A stretch of DNA of 64,000 bases from Octopus sinensis. Its lineage: Eukaryota. Position numbers and translations under genes: made by a program. Positions 1 to 14,015 of the stretch are shown piece after piece. The stretch lies in the NCBI RefSeq assembly GCF_006345805.1, contig NC_043008.1, positions 2,852,001 through 2,916,000 of the forward strand. The letters are read 5' to 3'. The number at the start of each line of letters is the position of its first letter. The stretch's first letter is position 1. Below the pieces are notes generated by a model. The model ran no database searches and was not told the origin of the DNA. It saw nothing but the letters and a program-made list of their open reading frames with translations.

Positions 1-919
1 TTATGTTCACACCTCTTCCTGATTCAATGAAGCATCGGCTTCCTTTACATTTTTTCAAGATGCTATTCAATATATATTTTAATCTGATGAACACTGCAGC
101 AAATATTTCCTCAATGACACATTTTCTTTTTTCTTGCAACATCTTTCATGGCAAGTTACATTTACATTAATATCTTTAGAATGATTAAATTGAACCAAGT
201 TCCAATTAGCATAAGTAAACCACTTCTAAACCATTTTCTAAAGATTTGATCTTTAAACTTCATTTGGAGTATAATAAGTATATTTGGAGGTGAATTTACA
301 TTTTATTAATTCTGATCGTGTAAATCTTGAAGAGAATATATTACAGAAAGCAAGAATTTCTCTGAGATTACCTTCCTCCCGAGAAAGATTAATCTGAACG
401 CTGCTTATTTAAGTGTAAAGAAATTCAAACTAAAGTGAAAGTAAACAGATATTTACCAACGCGAGTGCATTTTAACATCCAAGCATAATCTATACCACTT
501 TCACAGGGGCCGGAATGGAACATCAATAATATTTCCAGAATCTAGGATTCTTGCCACACTGGGGGAGATCGGAAGCAAAGCATCACCATGATAAAAATTC
601 TTTTTGAAGATTAAATAGGTTGTATGAATGTTTGCAAAAGTGTGGAGGGTTACTGCAGGCTACATTTCGTTGCTAAATGTGGAGAATTATATGATTTACC
701 ACCTAAGGAATGTTCAGCCACACATGTTGAATTACGAATAGATTCCATGCTCCTAATTTTGCTGTTATGGCTTACAAGAACTTAAGGATACGTGGAAGGA
801 ATATTGCATATCTGACCAAACTCAAATCTACATGCATGCAAATCATAATTCTCGAACCAACAATCATTCACTTCCAATGTTTGTTTTGCATCCTTCTATA
901 TTTTGGATATACAGACTTC

Positions 920-1575
920 ACGAAGCGGGAAGAGACACGGTTGTCTTCACACGACGTACTAAACACGACACTTCAATAATTACAAACTTTCAACGGTCTC
1001 AACAACTCCTACTACTCCCGTTCTCAACCAGTACGCTATTTTTTATAAAAACTCGGTTAGTCCATTCTTACAATCCCACAGGGGAGGACGTCTAGCGCGG
1101 ACGGACCTGAAGTATTTTTGAACTTTAATTACAAACATTAATTCCAGTAAATGTTGGTATTGTTGTTAGTGTTGTTATAATTATTGCTGTTGCATCTATA
1201 CTACGGAGGCTGATATGTCTTCAGTGTCAACTAAGTTTTCTTTGATTTTCTATCAAAAGAAAAGGTAAACGTCCGACATAAGCTTTGAATAAACTCGTCG
1301 CCACTTTTATAAATGGATATATTCGTTGCCACATTTATGTCCTTCTAGACGTTACATCTATAAAGGTTTCAGGGAGTGGGGATAAACAGAATTGTCTTCA
1401 CATGACATACCTCAAATTGCCCCAATAAACACGATACTTCAATAATTACAAACCGTTAAGTATCTTAAAGTCTATCTATGACTTCCACGAACCCTCAATT
1501 ACTTCTCCCGGTCTCAACCAATACGCTAATTTTTATAAAGGTTCGGCTAGTCAATTCTTCCAATCCCACAGGGGT
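920..1575. repeat. Diverged direct repeat, two copies of about 170-200 bp (about 920-1090 and 1368-1575), probably an old TE relic
   Basis: Shared blocks TTGTCTTCACAYGAC, AAACACGAYACTTCAATAATTACAAAC, TCTCAACCARTACGCTA and CAATCCCACAGGGG occur in the same order in both copies. Confidence 0.7.
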
Positions 1576-3160
1576 GTCAATGTCTCTCATCACAATAATT
1601 TGTTTACTTTATAGCTTAAATCTTCGCTTTCCCAAACATAAAATTGCAATAATATTCTCAGGGAAAGTCTGTTATTTCTATCTTTCTTATTTCTGCTTCT
1701 TCTACTCTGATTAAGCAAACTCTCTAATATTCTGAAACTATCAAAGATCTCTTTTGGCTTTTTCTGTTCTCCGATAATTTCCAATTACTGTGTTTATTTT
1801 CAAACAACTATATTATTAATTTACTAACTGAAGTGACATTTTCGTTCGCCAGTATCATCTTTCTGGATGTTTTCGGATGCCGAATAATCTTTCTCGCCAA
1901 TTACCGCAAACAAAACCACCTCTGCCACGCAGCCTTTGGGTAAATTTCTGATAACATCTGGAAGTTAATAATTCAGGGAGTAGAGACGCAGTTACAGATA
2001 CCTGGACACTGGTTGAGATAGGTAGAGTTGCCTAAGAACAAAAGTGATTTCCGAAGAACGAGCAACGGGAGATCGAAGGTGGAGCTAAATGTATCCTTCA
2101 AAGACTATGATCAAACCTCGATAAGGAACGAATACAAGGCCGGAGATAATGCAGTGCTTGCGACGACGTCGATGATTGGACAGATTTAGTGATGAGCCCC
2201 GACTCATTGTATTTGACCCAAGTAAAGTCTGACATATCTCAAAATAATAAACAAAGCCGCTTACATTCTTGTTCCATCCCTTCATATTTAGAAGTAGTAC
2301 CATCTTTGGAAACACACATATTGTATTACTAGAGAACCTTCCTTCCATATTATCTAAACAGTAGTGATACCAACAACAATGAAACATTTTGTCGTTTAAA
2401 TGGAGGACTTACAATGGGGAAGCCTTTTTAATCAACATTTATCGACATAAGAATACGAATTTAATTCATTTTATCTGGGGTCAAATACCTTATACTTGCT
2501 TTAAAAATCGATATTTTTATAACGAGTTCCAACTGAAGGCTCTCATATTTTAATATGAGTCGTTCAATGTAAAATTCTTCAGAGCAGAACACATCAATCA
2601 TTGTTCTTATGAGCATGGCTAATTAATGATATTAATTCCTCTATTTATCACTACAGTTTGTCTATGAGTCTCTCCTCAGTTGAATGCTTGCAGCAGACAT
2701 TTTAATATAAGAGAAACTCAAGTGAATAAACACTAATATACTCACATATCATCGTAAGACTGCATCACATGACTACATACACAATCACAGAACCAGACAT
2801 ACATACGTGCATGCATAAATACATAAACAGTTATACAACCATCACCTCACACATATACACATGCCTATTTACAGAACCTAACCATAGAAACAAACCCGCA
2901 ATCATTATCACAAGACCAGAAGCAGCATCATACAAAAAAGCCTATATAATTACACTGATACACTATATAACACTTAGTGTACATATAAGCATAGAGCTAC
3001 ACCATACATATACACATGTACAAGCATAATTGCACAGATATACCACATACACACACATGGCAGCACAAGTATTAAATGTGTGAGGAGAAAAATTGACGGA
3101 AATCATGTATATGCATTTGGACGTTTATATGGATACACAGTATAATCACACACACGCTAC

Positions 3161-3227
3161 ACAATAACAATAATAATAATAATAATATAATAATAATAAC
3201 AACAACAACAACAACAGCAATAATAGC

Positions 3228-3259
<32 letters not shown>

Positions 3260-3320
3260 CAACAACAACAACAATAATAATAATAATAACAAGAACAACA
3301 ATAATAATAATAATAATAAA
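3161..3320. repeat. (AAT)n/(AAC)n compound microsatellite
   Basis: Direct reading of the sequence. Confidence 0.97.
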
Positions 3321-4199
3321 TGCTCAACATCTTTTCAGGGAAGTGCTGCAACCTATTGATTTCACATTACTTGGAAAGAATGTTTTTCAACTATGGTTTG
3401 AGAGCCAGTATCTGGCTTCTAGGAAATACCCAACCAAATTTCCTTCAAACCACACTCTACAATCTTAAAAAGTATCATAACTTGAAGAAAGGATATGATG
3501 CCGGATGGACACAAGTGGAGTACCTGTCTTCATCACTGTGTTTCATCAATGTTATTGAAGGATAAGTCGCTTGAAGTGCTAAAAGCTAACATCAAAATCT
3601 CTCTTGAAACAGTTTCTTGCCTTTAAAGTACGCTTTGAGCATGTAAGATGATGTTACCTATCCGTGGATTTGAATAGCTTCCATTTTATAAGCATTGGAA
3701 TATTGATACAATGGCGGCATACAATAAGAAATAAATTACAAACAATTCTGCTACGATGCGATGATATTATAATGAAAATTTTACTAACACTTTCCAAATC
3801 ACACCATATTAATAGATACGAAATTCTGCCTGTCCGTCTGGAACCCTTGGGTGCAGTCTGCATTTGCTCTACATAGAAATGTTATACATTATTGGAAACA
3901 GAATGATCCTGGAATTGGAAATCTACCCTTCATTTGGTTCATGGACGTCCAGCGTTAAGATATGATTTAAAATAATTCGGGTTGCTATTTCTAGCAGGTA
4001 AAGCTTCGTTGATTAATGCCATCTTGGTTGGTGTTTGTCAGATGACGTCAAAGATCAAGGGGGAGATAAATAACAATCGCTTCGTTAATTTTAGGTCGGG
4101 ATTCGGACAAATTAGACAAAAGTTGGAATTCAACTTCGGATTGGAACAATAGAATGACTACATTACAAAATTAATTCTCACCCGTCTTTAACCTCCGAT

Positions 4200-4598
4200 C
4201 AAACACCACCATGTCACGTGGTCTTCATAGGCGTATTATAGTCATGCTAATTAGCTCCCTTTAATACCATTAATATGAACAAAATCCCTTTCTAAACCCC
4301 TATACCACTGAAGCCCCCACCACCACTATCATCACTATGACTATCAAACACGGACACGCTGACCGTGAAATCCACTAAGACAAAGTGCATGCGACATCAT
4401 CGTAACTATAATTGGCACCAACACCATCAGCGCGGTGAACGGGAATATCGCTGAGATCAAGAAAACTGACCCCATTATTTCTACCACCATATCTATGAAC
4501 CGTACCATCAACGCCCGTTATCGCCAACGTGATCGACATAACAAATTATCGCCCTCCACTCCATAATGATGAATATCAATTGAATCATCCTCACCACT

Positions 4599-4640
<42 letters not shown>

Positions 4641-5250
4641 GAAACGACCATTTAAATTTCAACAGCAGCACAATCAGCAGCTCAACGCCAACTGCAGAAG
4701 AACTCTGAAAGTCTCCCTCACTTTCATCAATGCCAACATCATCATACTGAATGGGGAAAAGCAACTTCAACGCAAACCTCATCGTCGCAAATAAAACCAA
4801 TAACATCTCTCTGGTGAAAGGAGTTATCAGTGATGCCAGGAACACTGGCGCCACCATTTCCACCAGTGTGTCTATTAACAATGCAAACACCTACTTCATC
4901 ACCAACGCCATCGACATCATAGACCAAGCTGTCACCATCTACTACATACAAAAATACTCATCACCACACCACCACCACCAACACCACAACCACGAACATC
5001 ATCATCATCATCTTCATTAAACTACGATTAAGAACTGTACAACTAACGCTAACAGCATCGAAACGATAACAATATCATCACTATCATCAACAACAACATC
5101 ATTAAGCTCCATTATCGCAATATGAACACTGGCATCTCAAGAGTCAGCGACACAATTATATTCAAGAGACGCAGTAACGTTACGACCGAGAACCACCGCG
5201 AAGACACAACCACCAAATCTACATCTATATTAATTTTCGTGTTTTCAAAC
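4200..5250. repeat. Decayed (CAT)n/(CAC)n/(CAA)n low-complexity region
   Basis: Pure (CAT)n core at about 4598-4640 and (CAC)/(CAT) at about 4960-5015, inside C/A-rich degenerate trinucleotide sequence. Confidence 0.7.
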
Positions 5251-5534
5251 GGCAGTACCTTTACGATAAACCATTTTATCTTTATATTCTCTCATTTTAA
5301 CGAGGTCTTTTAGTGTATTCTTTTAGTCATGAGTTGCCAAAATATTTCAAAAGAAATAAGCAAATTCTAGTTTTAAGAAAGTGTTAACTTGAAGCATAAT
5401 ATGAAAGAGGAAGAAAAAGCGAGAAAAACATAGAATCACAGAGAAGAATGTAATCTCTGCAGAACCGCAGAACTGATCGCAATCGTTGGAGACTCTCGGT
5501 ATTTAAGATATTACATAAGTTTGCACGCACGCAA

Positions 5535-5535
<1 letters not shown>

Positions 5536-5603
<68 letters not shown>

Positions 5604-5895
5604 CCTACATACATACATATATATATATATAAATGTATGTATGTCTGTTTGTGTATATGCATCTATATGTACATATATACATATATATATATATATATAT
5701 ACAGCCAGACATATATCAGTATATATGTGTATACGCATATATATATATATATAGATGTGTATATATGTATATATATATATATATGTGTGTGTGTGTGCGT
5801 GTGTACATATGGACGTATACACATGTATAGGCATATATAGACAGGACTATATATGTGCACGTGTGTGTGTGTGCGTGTGTGTGTGTGTGTGTGTA
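5536..5895. repeat. (TA)n/(TG)n compound microsatellite
   Basis: Direct reading; it is the source of the Y/I/C/V ORFs in the track. Confidence 0.97.
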
Positions 5896-5896
5896 T

Positions 5897-6248
5897 AAAG
5901 GGTAAACGGCAACATTCCGCTCACCCGTCGGTCACGATTGACCATGAGATCGCACACAGAAAACTCTCTTCCGAGGCAGGAGTTCGGACAAGGTTCTTTG
6001 CCGAAGACCAGCATTCGTCCATTCATACCTGTCTCTCCTCCCTACGCCACATATGTTGCTCGTGAGAAAGGCCAAGGCTGGTTCAGCTTATCGCAGAAAC
6101 ACGCTGCAAATCGTTTCTACGCGTGAGTGAAATGGAACAACGGCTAATTAAGTGTCCTGCTCAAAAATGCAACACAGCCTGGCCCTGAATTGAACTCACA
6201 AACTCGAGATCTTTTGTCCTATGTTCTAAACAACGAGCCATGCTCCAC

Positions 6249-6250
<2 letters not shown>
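5897..6250 (-). mobile_element. tRNA-derived SINE
   Basis: Minus strand has an A-box-like TGGCTCGTTGTTTAG, B-box GAGTTCAATTC and a central TTGAGCAGGACACTT motif. The tail CATGGTCAATCGTGACCGACGG resembles RTE-type 3' ends. Confidence 0.75.
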
Positions 6251-6295
<45 letters not shown>

Positions 6296-6719
6296 TCACT
6301 CATTCATTCACGCCCACTTATATTTATATGAAAATGACGAATACATAAATACAATGTGTGCATTTCTGTGCGTGCGTGGGTGTGGATATATGTGTGTGAT
6401 AACGTCATTTCAAACGACATAAATGATTGAAATACCAGGTGAGTAGATTTCATAGCTCGATCCAGGTTATACATAATGGTTGCGGCACCGTAATATTTTT
6501 CAGCAAGAATGTTATTAATATATTTTGGAAAAATATATTCATCTACCAGACACTACCATACAAAATAATATCAGAGCAAACATACCGAGAATAATCGTTC
6601 ATACATTATATGGGTTAGATCTAAATTACACACTATCAATATTTTTTTATAAATTCCAGTGTCGCACAAAATGCGTAACGGAATTTCATGCATCTTTATC
6701 GTCTGTGTTCAAATTCTGC

Positions 6720-6835
6720 TAGGCTCTACTTTGCCTTCATTCTTTCGGGGGAAATAAGTACAATTGAACACTGGTGTCGATGTAACCGACCCCCCCACCC
6801 CCAATTGCTGGCCTGCAGTACGAAAATTAAAAAAA
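6720..6835 (+). mobile_element. SINE fragment, same family as 52139-52820
   Basis: ACTTTGCCTTCATTCTTTCGGGG...AATAAGTAC...CACTGGTGTCGATGTAACCGAC matches the body of the 52 kb SINE copies. Confidence 0.75.
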
Positions 6836-7577
6836 CAATACTACAAATACGTGTGATCATAACGCTTAATAAAGCCTAAAGTTTGATGTCTGATTATAAG
6901 AAATCATTAATAATATGTCGATGAAAGCTTCTCTTTTATGGAACAGCATAAAATAGATGACTATTGTTATTAACGTAATAAATTCCATTCCTAATAACTA
7001 GGTGGAATTAACGCATACGCGCTCATGACTACAAAGCTGCAAGCCTAAAATATTTTAAACATTAACTTGCATATAACTTTCTTTTCGAAACATATAATTA
7101 AATCAGTGAAGGTGGTTAGCGTAGGCGAGGGTTAAATCTCAGTTGTGTAGGTGTATGCATATAATTATGAGATTTAGAGTATCATATGTTAACCGCTTGC
7201 ATACTTTGTAGTATTTATGAGGAAAAATATTTAAGATAATGTAAGATCTGTAAAACAACGTGTGGTTTTGGAAGACGAGAGATTTTAAGACGAGTATGTG
7301 TTTGAGAAAATGTATTACACAAAGATCCGTAAAACTAATGTGAACATACAAGCAAATTATGAGAATATTTAAATATGTGTACTGCGCATTTATATATAGT
7401 AATAAATCGTTATGTATATGTATGTGTGTATGTGTTGTTTGTGTGTGTGGGTTGTTTGTGTGTTTGTGCGTGTCTGTGTGTGTCTGCACGTATTTGTGTC
7501 TAAATATATGTATGGGTATATTTGTGTATTATATGTATATATGTGGTATATAGTTATAACATATAGTTACATATAGT

Positions 7578-7627
<50 letters not shown>

Positions 7628-7682
7628 CTCATACACGCATATGAACATAACCCCCACATACACACTTACAAACACTCATATA

Positions 7683-7789
<107 letters not shown>

Positions 7790-7795
7790 TATATA

Positions 7796-7836
<41 letters not shown>

Positions 7837-7916
7837 AAAATTGGAAGGTACTGCACGAGTGAAAATATATAGGGAAGAGGATTTGAAAATGCAGAAGTGT
7901 TATAAAGATATTTATT

Positions 7917-8158
7917 GACCTGACCGGTTTCACTTTTTCCTTTAAAAAATTTTCAAAAGAAAAATACAAGGCTTTCTGGTGTTAACAATAGTTAGCAGAT
8001 GTATTGAAATACAGTGATAGACCCTTTGACAATGGTAAGAAAATGTTACGAACTAGAATCTTTGACAATGATCATGTTAAGAATGGCCTTGTGTTTAAAC
8101 AGTTTACATAAAAGTGTTCAAAATATGTTCATAATTGTTTAAAAGCTCATCAGAAATC
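7917..8158 (-). ncRNA. Candidate type I hammerhead ribozyme with a loop II of about 200 nt, in a short element next to (TA)n
   Basis: Minus strand reads GATTT-CTGATGA-GCTTTT-(about 200 nt)-AAAAGT-GAAAC-CG-GTC-AGGTC-AATAAA. Helix I is GAUUU/AGGUC, helix II is GCUUUU/AAAAGU and helix III is the palindrome ACCGGU. Confidence 0.5.
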
Positions 8159-8241
8159 CTAATTGTTCATGAATATATACACAAAAAGAATTTATAGACA
8201 GACGATGTTACACGAATATAAATAGAAAAACACAATAATGA

Positions 8242-8301
8242 AACAACAACAACAACAACAATAATAATAATAATAATAATGATGATAATAATAATTATTA
8301 T

Positions 8302-8347
<46 letters not shown>

Positions 8348-8350
8348 TCA
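8242..8350. repeat. (AAC)n/(AAT)n microsatellite
   Basis: Direct reading. Confidence 0.97.
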
Positions 8351-9449
8351 ATAGCAACATGACATAACAACAGGCGTCTTTCGACTGGGGACGAATTGAA
8401 TTCAGCTGGTGTGTATGGAATTTGTTTCGTGTTAAGAAAGAATCTTGAAAACGTTTCGAGCTGATCGCGTGGAAAAGTTGGTGTTCGTATCCGTTTTGGA
8501 TTAAAACACGAAGAGACACATGAACACCGATTCTCTAAGTGATTAGTTTGAAGAATTGTTCAGATATTTTCTTAACATGAAATTGTACATGTGCGTGTGT
8601 GTGTGTGTGTGTGTTTGCGAGTGTTAGTGTGCATGTGTGTGTGTATATATACAAACTGAGGAAGTGGAACATGTAAAAATTCAAGCTGTAAATGTTCGTT
8701 AGTTGAAACGTTTTGATGCATTACATACGCAACGAGTTATGCTCTGCTTAGCTGATCATATTGCAGGGGTTTCCCTATCGGAATGATGCTTATATTACCA
8801 AATAAAGGAATTTCCAAACAAACTCACTACCACAGTGGAGATTTGAGTTGAATAGAAAAGGCACTAATACGGAAAAATAACTAAATATAATGTGCGTGAT
8901 TTTGTCAAGGAAACCAATGGGTGATGGGAAAAGTGTGAGGCAGAAAATATTCATGGGAGGATGTGCATGATGCAATAATTCTTTGCAGTACGAAGACAAA
9001 TTCATGTGCATTTCGATGTATACATATTTGTGTGTAATTTCAATCTCCATGGGTTCTGGAAACGTCTTTTGTATCGCCTTTTATTGTACCTTTATATAAT
9101 TCCTGTGTATTTAAAAAATTCTACTCATATTTAATTTATTCCCTTTGTCGTATAACCCTCATTTTTCTCTACACAGTTCCGTGTGCGTGTATATATACCT
9201 AATGTACGTATGTATGTTTTTAATATATGTGTGTACATCCTTATGGATGTGCGCGCACCTTTAACCACGCGTGTATATGTGTGTATGAATTTACCCGCGA
9301 ATAAGAGTTCGCAGAATGTGTGCGTGCGTCTATTTACGTGGGAGCATGAGGGTGTATAAGTATTGAGATGTCGGACAAAATGTTGACCTGTGGAACCAAG
9401 TCATGATCTACACAATGAGGAAAATGATGAAAATGATGAAAATCATGAA

Positions 9450-9494
<45 letters not shown>

Positions 9495-9558
9495 GGTTGT
9501 GCTGCTGGTAATTTTGATAGCGGTATCTTCATATTAGAGCTAACAATGAATTAGTCTC

Positions 9559-9593
<35 letters not shown>

Positions 9594-10559
9594 ACAGCAG
9601 CAGCAGTAGTTGGTTTTGTGTAGATGGAGAAGAGGAAGAATGATAAGACGAAGAAGGTGGAGGAGGAGAAGAAGGGGAAGAACAAGTGGAAGAATGAAGA
9701 GAAATAGTTGCGTTGGATGTAGCCCTGGTAACGAGAATAGAATTTTTTTTTTAATTGCAGCAAGATTTTCGTGTGATTATCATTATTTGAAGATTAGTTG
9801 TTTGAGAAATGTTTTCTCGGAAAATGTGTTTTATTTTAATGCGTATTTCTTTTATCGTCAGAGATAATACGCCTCAAATATGATGCAAATAAATTCTACT
9901 TTCAGCAAAACAACGAATATTTCTATAAAATTTACTCGAAGACGTCAAGTAATAACGGAGAATTTCATTTCTCACATTTTCATTCTTGTAAATATTGAAT
10001 TAATTATGTTACGATTTGGTGATAATGGATTTAGTTAATTTATTTATTGTTTTCATTTAGTACGTTATACTTCTTAAGGTTTTATTTCAATTAACATTTT
10101 AGAATTTATGTTATTTTATAACAATAGATTCAACATTTGTGAAAATTCTCAAGATTGGAAACGTTTTGATGTCTTAAAATTAGATTCATTCCTTCGTGAC
10201 AGTTGAGGAAGATTTTATTAGTGAAAGACCGTTTCTTTCAGAAAGTTATGCTTTCTCCTTATTCCACGACTGTTTTCAGAGGACCATTCATATTTGAAGT
10301 AACAAAGTAAATCTCAATGCAAACAAATTTACTTGGCTTTCATAAAATAGAAAACCTGATATATTATCTTTTTGATTCTTGATCTTCATAGCGGAAAGCA
10401 ACAGAGAAATTCCCTTGGTGATTCATTGCAGCTAGGAAAAGCAAATGCACTTGCAACATCAATGCTGTGTGTTACAAATAACTGCATAACTGTACGCAGG
10501 ATCCACGGTTGCTTCTCTTAGATCTCCTCTAAACCTCTATATATATATTTATCTACCTC

Positions 10560-10611
10560 TTTAACTAACTATCTATTCATCTATATATTTCTCTTTATAT
10601 CTAGCTGGCCA

Positions 10612-10659
<48 letters not shown>

Positions 10660-11100
10660 TATATGTATATTATATATATATTATATATATATAATATATA
10701 TATATGTATATATATATAATATATATACATGCATACACACATATATATATATATATATATGTATACGCACAAATACACACATAACTAAATATTCTCAATT
10801 ACTATCTATCGCTTTCAATTAATTACGTTCTTACTATAAATTAAGTGAATATTTGAATTATGTTTCTTTCGTATCTCAATCAATTATACAATTGTTGAAA
10901 TTAGTATTAAGATTTCAAACCCCTCTGAAATCTACTAATGTTGCTACTCTCTGCGATATATATATATATATATATATGTAGAGAGAGACAGAGAGAGATA
11001 CATACATGCATACATACATACATACATACATACATACATACATACATACATACATACATACATACATACATACATACATACACATACATACATATACGTG
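10560..11100. repeat. Cluster of (CT)n, (TA)n and (ATAC)n microsatellites
   Basis: (CT)n at about 10615-10655, (TA)n at about 10660-10760, (ATAC)n at about 10998-11095. Confidence 0.95.
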
Positions 11101-12791
11101 CATACTTTCATTAACGTTTATGTAGTTGTCTTTCTGAAAATTGTTTCTGAATTGTCCGACGTGTGTTCGATTTCCTTTTGAGAAGCACATCTCACTGCTA
11201 GAATTTATAGATAAACCAAGCTAACTGACGATAGTGGCGGTTCGAATACCTGCGTATCAGCTAAACATAGAGAACTCCATCTCATCGTTTAAGTCCTTGA
11301 TTCTTTTGGGAATGTTTGTCTCATATAAAACAAAATCAGCATTTTAATAACAATAGATTTTACTAAATTCTCACTTACATTATTACTATGTCGAAACTGT
11401 AATATTCATGTAAAGTCAATCTGTAATAGTAATGATCTGTAATGAAAGGTTTCATACCTGGTAGTTATTCATCTTATTGTTGCTGCTGTAATATATATTG
11501 ATCAAGGATGCCTTATTAACCAAGGGCTTCGATCAATCTTGTTTTTTTATCGGAAAATTCTGACTCCTGGATCATGTTAGTAAATATTGCCTACTGCAAA
11601 GAATATAATTTGATCTGGCATTGGTATGCTGAATCTCGTAGATTGTAGAAGTTTACCTGTCTTCCTACACACACAATAACATTTGAAGTCTCCTTACATT
11701 TACATACAGGCTTTTGCAGATTATGATACGAAGAACGGTAAATTATTTGAAATTGTACTAATCGAAGTGTTTTGTTGAGCAAAAAAGATTGAGGTATGGG
11801 ATTAATAGTCTACCACTTCACACTATAAATAATATATTAGGCTTATAAAATAAATTATATGAATTATATTTTAAAAATTATACAATCTATAATATAAATA
11901 AAATGTATTATAGTCGTGTTTGTATTTCATTTCGAAAATCAAGGTTGAAAGTAATTTACAGCACGGATTTTTATTAGTCACAAGTGGGGCATCCAGAGCT
12001 GAAACGCTTCAAGAGATTAACACTGGACATTGTAAAATATTTAAAAGATTTGCAAATACAAAGTGATTTGAATAAAGAATGAAAATGAAATATAATGAAA
12101 GATAATGCGTAGAGACATAATGAAATTGCTACAACTATGAAAACAAATTAGCATTTGGAACAGGCAAACGGGAAAACATTTATGTTAAAATTGCTGAACA
12201 CCCTACAACATATTAATTGTGGTAGTCGTAAAACAGAAGTAAACTTTGGTAGTACTACATTCGCATATCCTGGCTGATAGGAATGGTATGAAAGCTATGT
12301 AAGATGAAGAGACAATGGGTGTCTATTCACACATGCATATTGCAAATGTGATTGTGAATAACATATTATACACCTACACTTGCATATAATATTAGGTTAG
12401 ACAAAATATTTTTCAAATACATCATGCATGGGGTGAATAATTAAGCAGGAAAAGTTGGTAAAACTGAGATTAGTGAAATCTGTCAAGTAAATTTCCTAAA
12501 ATTAGCACGAATGCCTGATTGTAGATCCATTTAGTATTTTATGGTGATTGCAAACAGACACACTTGAAAACAGCAAATGCAAGCACGCACACACACACAC
12601 AAACACGCACACACACTCACATACCCACGCACATGCACATGCGCATATATATTTCAGCGCGCGCTGACATACATATGCATATGCACATATATATTTGAGC
12701 GTGCCTTGAAATACGTCTATATATATTGTCTTCTAGGTCTATCTATTTAGAGACTCACGTTTATAGATTAAGAGACTGTATATTGTTGCAC

Positions 12792-12880
<89 letters not shown>

Positions 12881-12881
<1 letters not shown>

Positions 12882-13445
12882 CATCATCATCATCATCATC
12901 ATTTAACGTCCGCTTTCCATGCTAGCATGGGTTGGACGGTTCAACTGGGGTCTGGGGAGCCCGAAAGCTGCACCAGTCCAGTCAGATCTGGCAATGTTTC
13001 TACAGCTGGATGCCCTTCCTAACGCCAACCACTCCGAGAGTGTAGTGGGTGATTTTATGTGCCACCGACACAGGTGCCAGACGAGGCTGGCAAACGGCCA
13101 CGCTCGGATGGTGTTTTTATGTGCCACCGACACAGGTGCCAGATGAGGCTGGCAAACGGCCACGATCGGATGGTGTTTGTTACGTGCCCACAGCACGGAG
13201 GCCAGTCGATGCGGTACTGGCTACGGCCACGTTCGGATGGTTTTCTTGTGTGCCACGTGCCACCGGCACTGGTACCACAAAGATACAAATTCCATTGATG
13301 TTCATCTATTTTGATTTGTTTTGATTTTCACTTGCCTCAACAGGTCCTCACAAGTGTCACAAGAAGGAAGGTAAGCACAGGTGGACTGACTACGTCCCAG
13401 GTAAGGGCCACGGGTTATGGCCTGACTAGTCTTGCCGGGTCTTAT
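12881..13445 (-). mobile_element. Non-autonomous retroposon (SINE- or RTE-related) with an (ATG)n tail and an internal tandem repeat of about 62 bp
   Basis: Minus-strand 3' end GCATGGAAAGCGGACGTTAAA(TGA)n and the motif GGTTGGCGTTAGGAAGGGCATCCAGC. Repeat units start at 13053 and 13115, with degenerate units to about 13280. Confidence 0.7.
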
Positions 13446-13456
13446 ATATATGTATA

Positions 13457-13506
<50 letters not shown>

Positions 13507-13508
13507 CT

Positions 13509-13565
<57 letters not shown>

Positions 13566-13905
13566 GAAATTAGAGAAAAAAAAGCACATTTTATCAATTC
13601 AAAGTGAACAATTAAATTACACCATCAAGAAAATTACATATAATAGAAATATTAACATTATAATAACAATAAAATAATAATAATAATAATAATAACGTAT
13701 ATGAATTGTAGAATAATGACACGTGTTTCGTGGCTATATTTAAGAAATGATTATATACGTTATTATTATTATTTTTTGTCTTTGCAATTTACTTAATCTT
13801 TGACATTTTATTGTTATTTTATTTTTAATATTTCTATATATGTAATTTTCTAGATGGTGTAATTTAATTGTTCATTTTGATCTGATAATTTTATATAGAA
13901 TTTTA

Positions 13906-13968
<63 letters not shown>

Positions 13969-13969
13969 T

Positions 13970-14015
<46 letters not shown>

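Noticed and set aside
1-700. Possible reverse transcriptase relic on the minus strand (..RLKYILNSIL..GR)
   Set aside because: The similarity is too weak to call by eye and needs a translated search.
4636-5020. ORFs with a His-rich tail or a hydrophobic reverse frame
   Set aside because: They derive from decayed CAT/CAC trinucleotide sequence, with no splice or family evidence.
8444-8470. Minus-strand GAAACGTT hammerhead half-site
   Set aside because: No upstream CUGANGA with a matching helix I could be found.
13053-13280. CRISPR-like array
   Set aside because: Contiguous tandem units without unique spacers, eukaryotic context and no cas genes.
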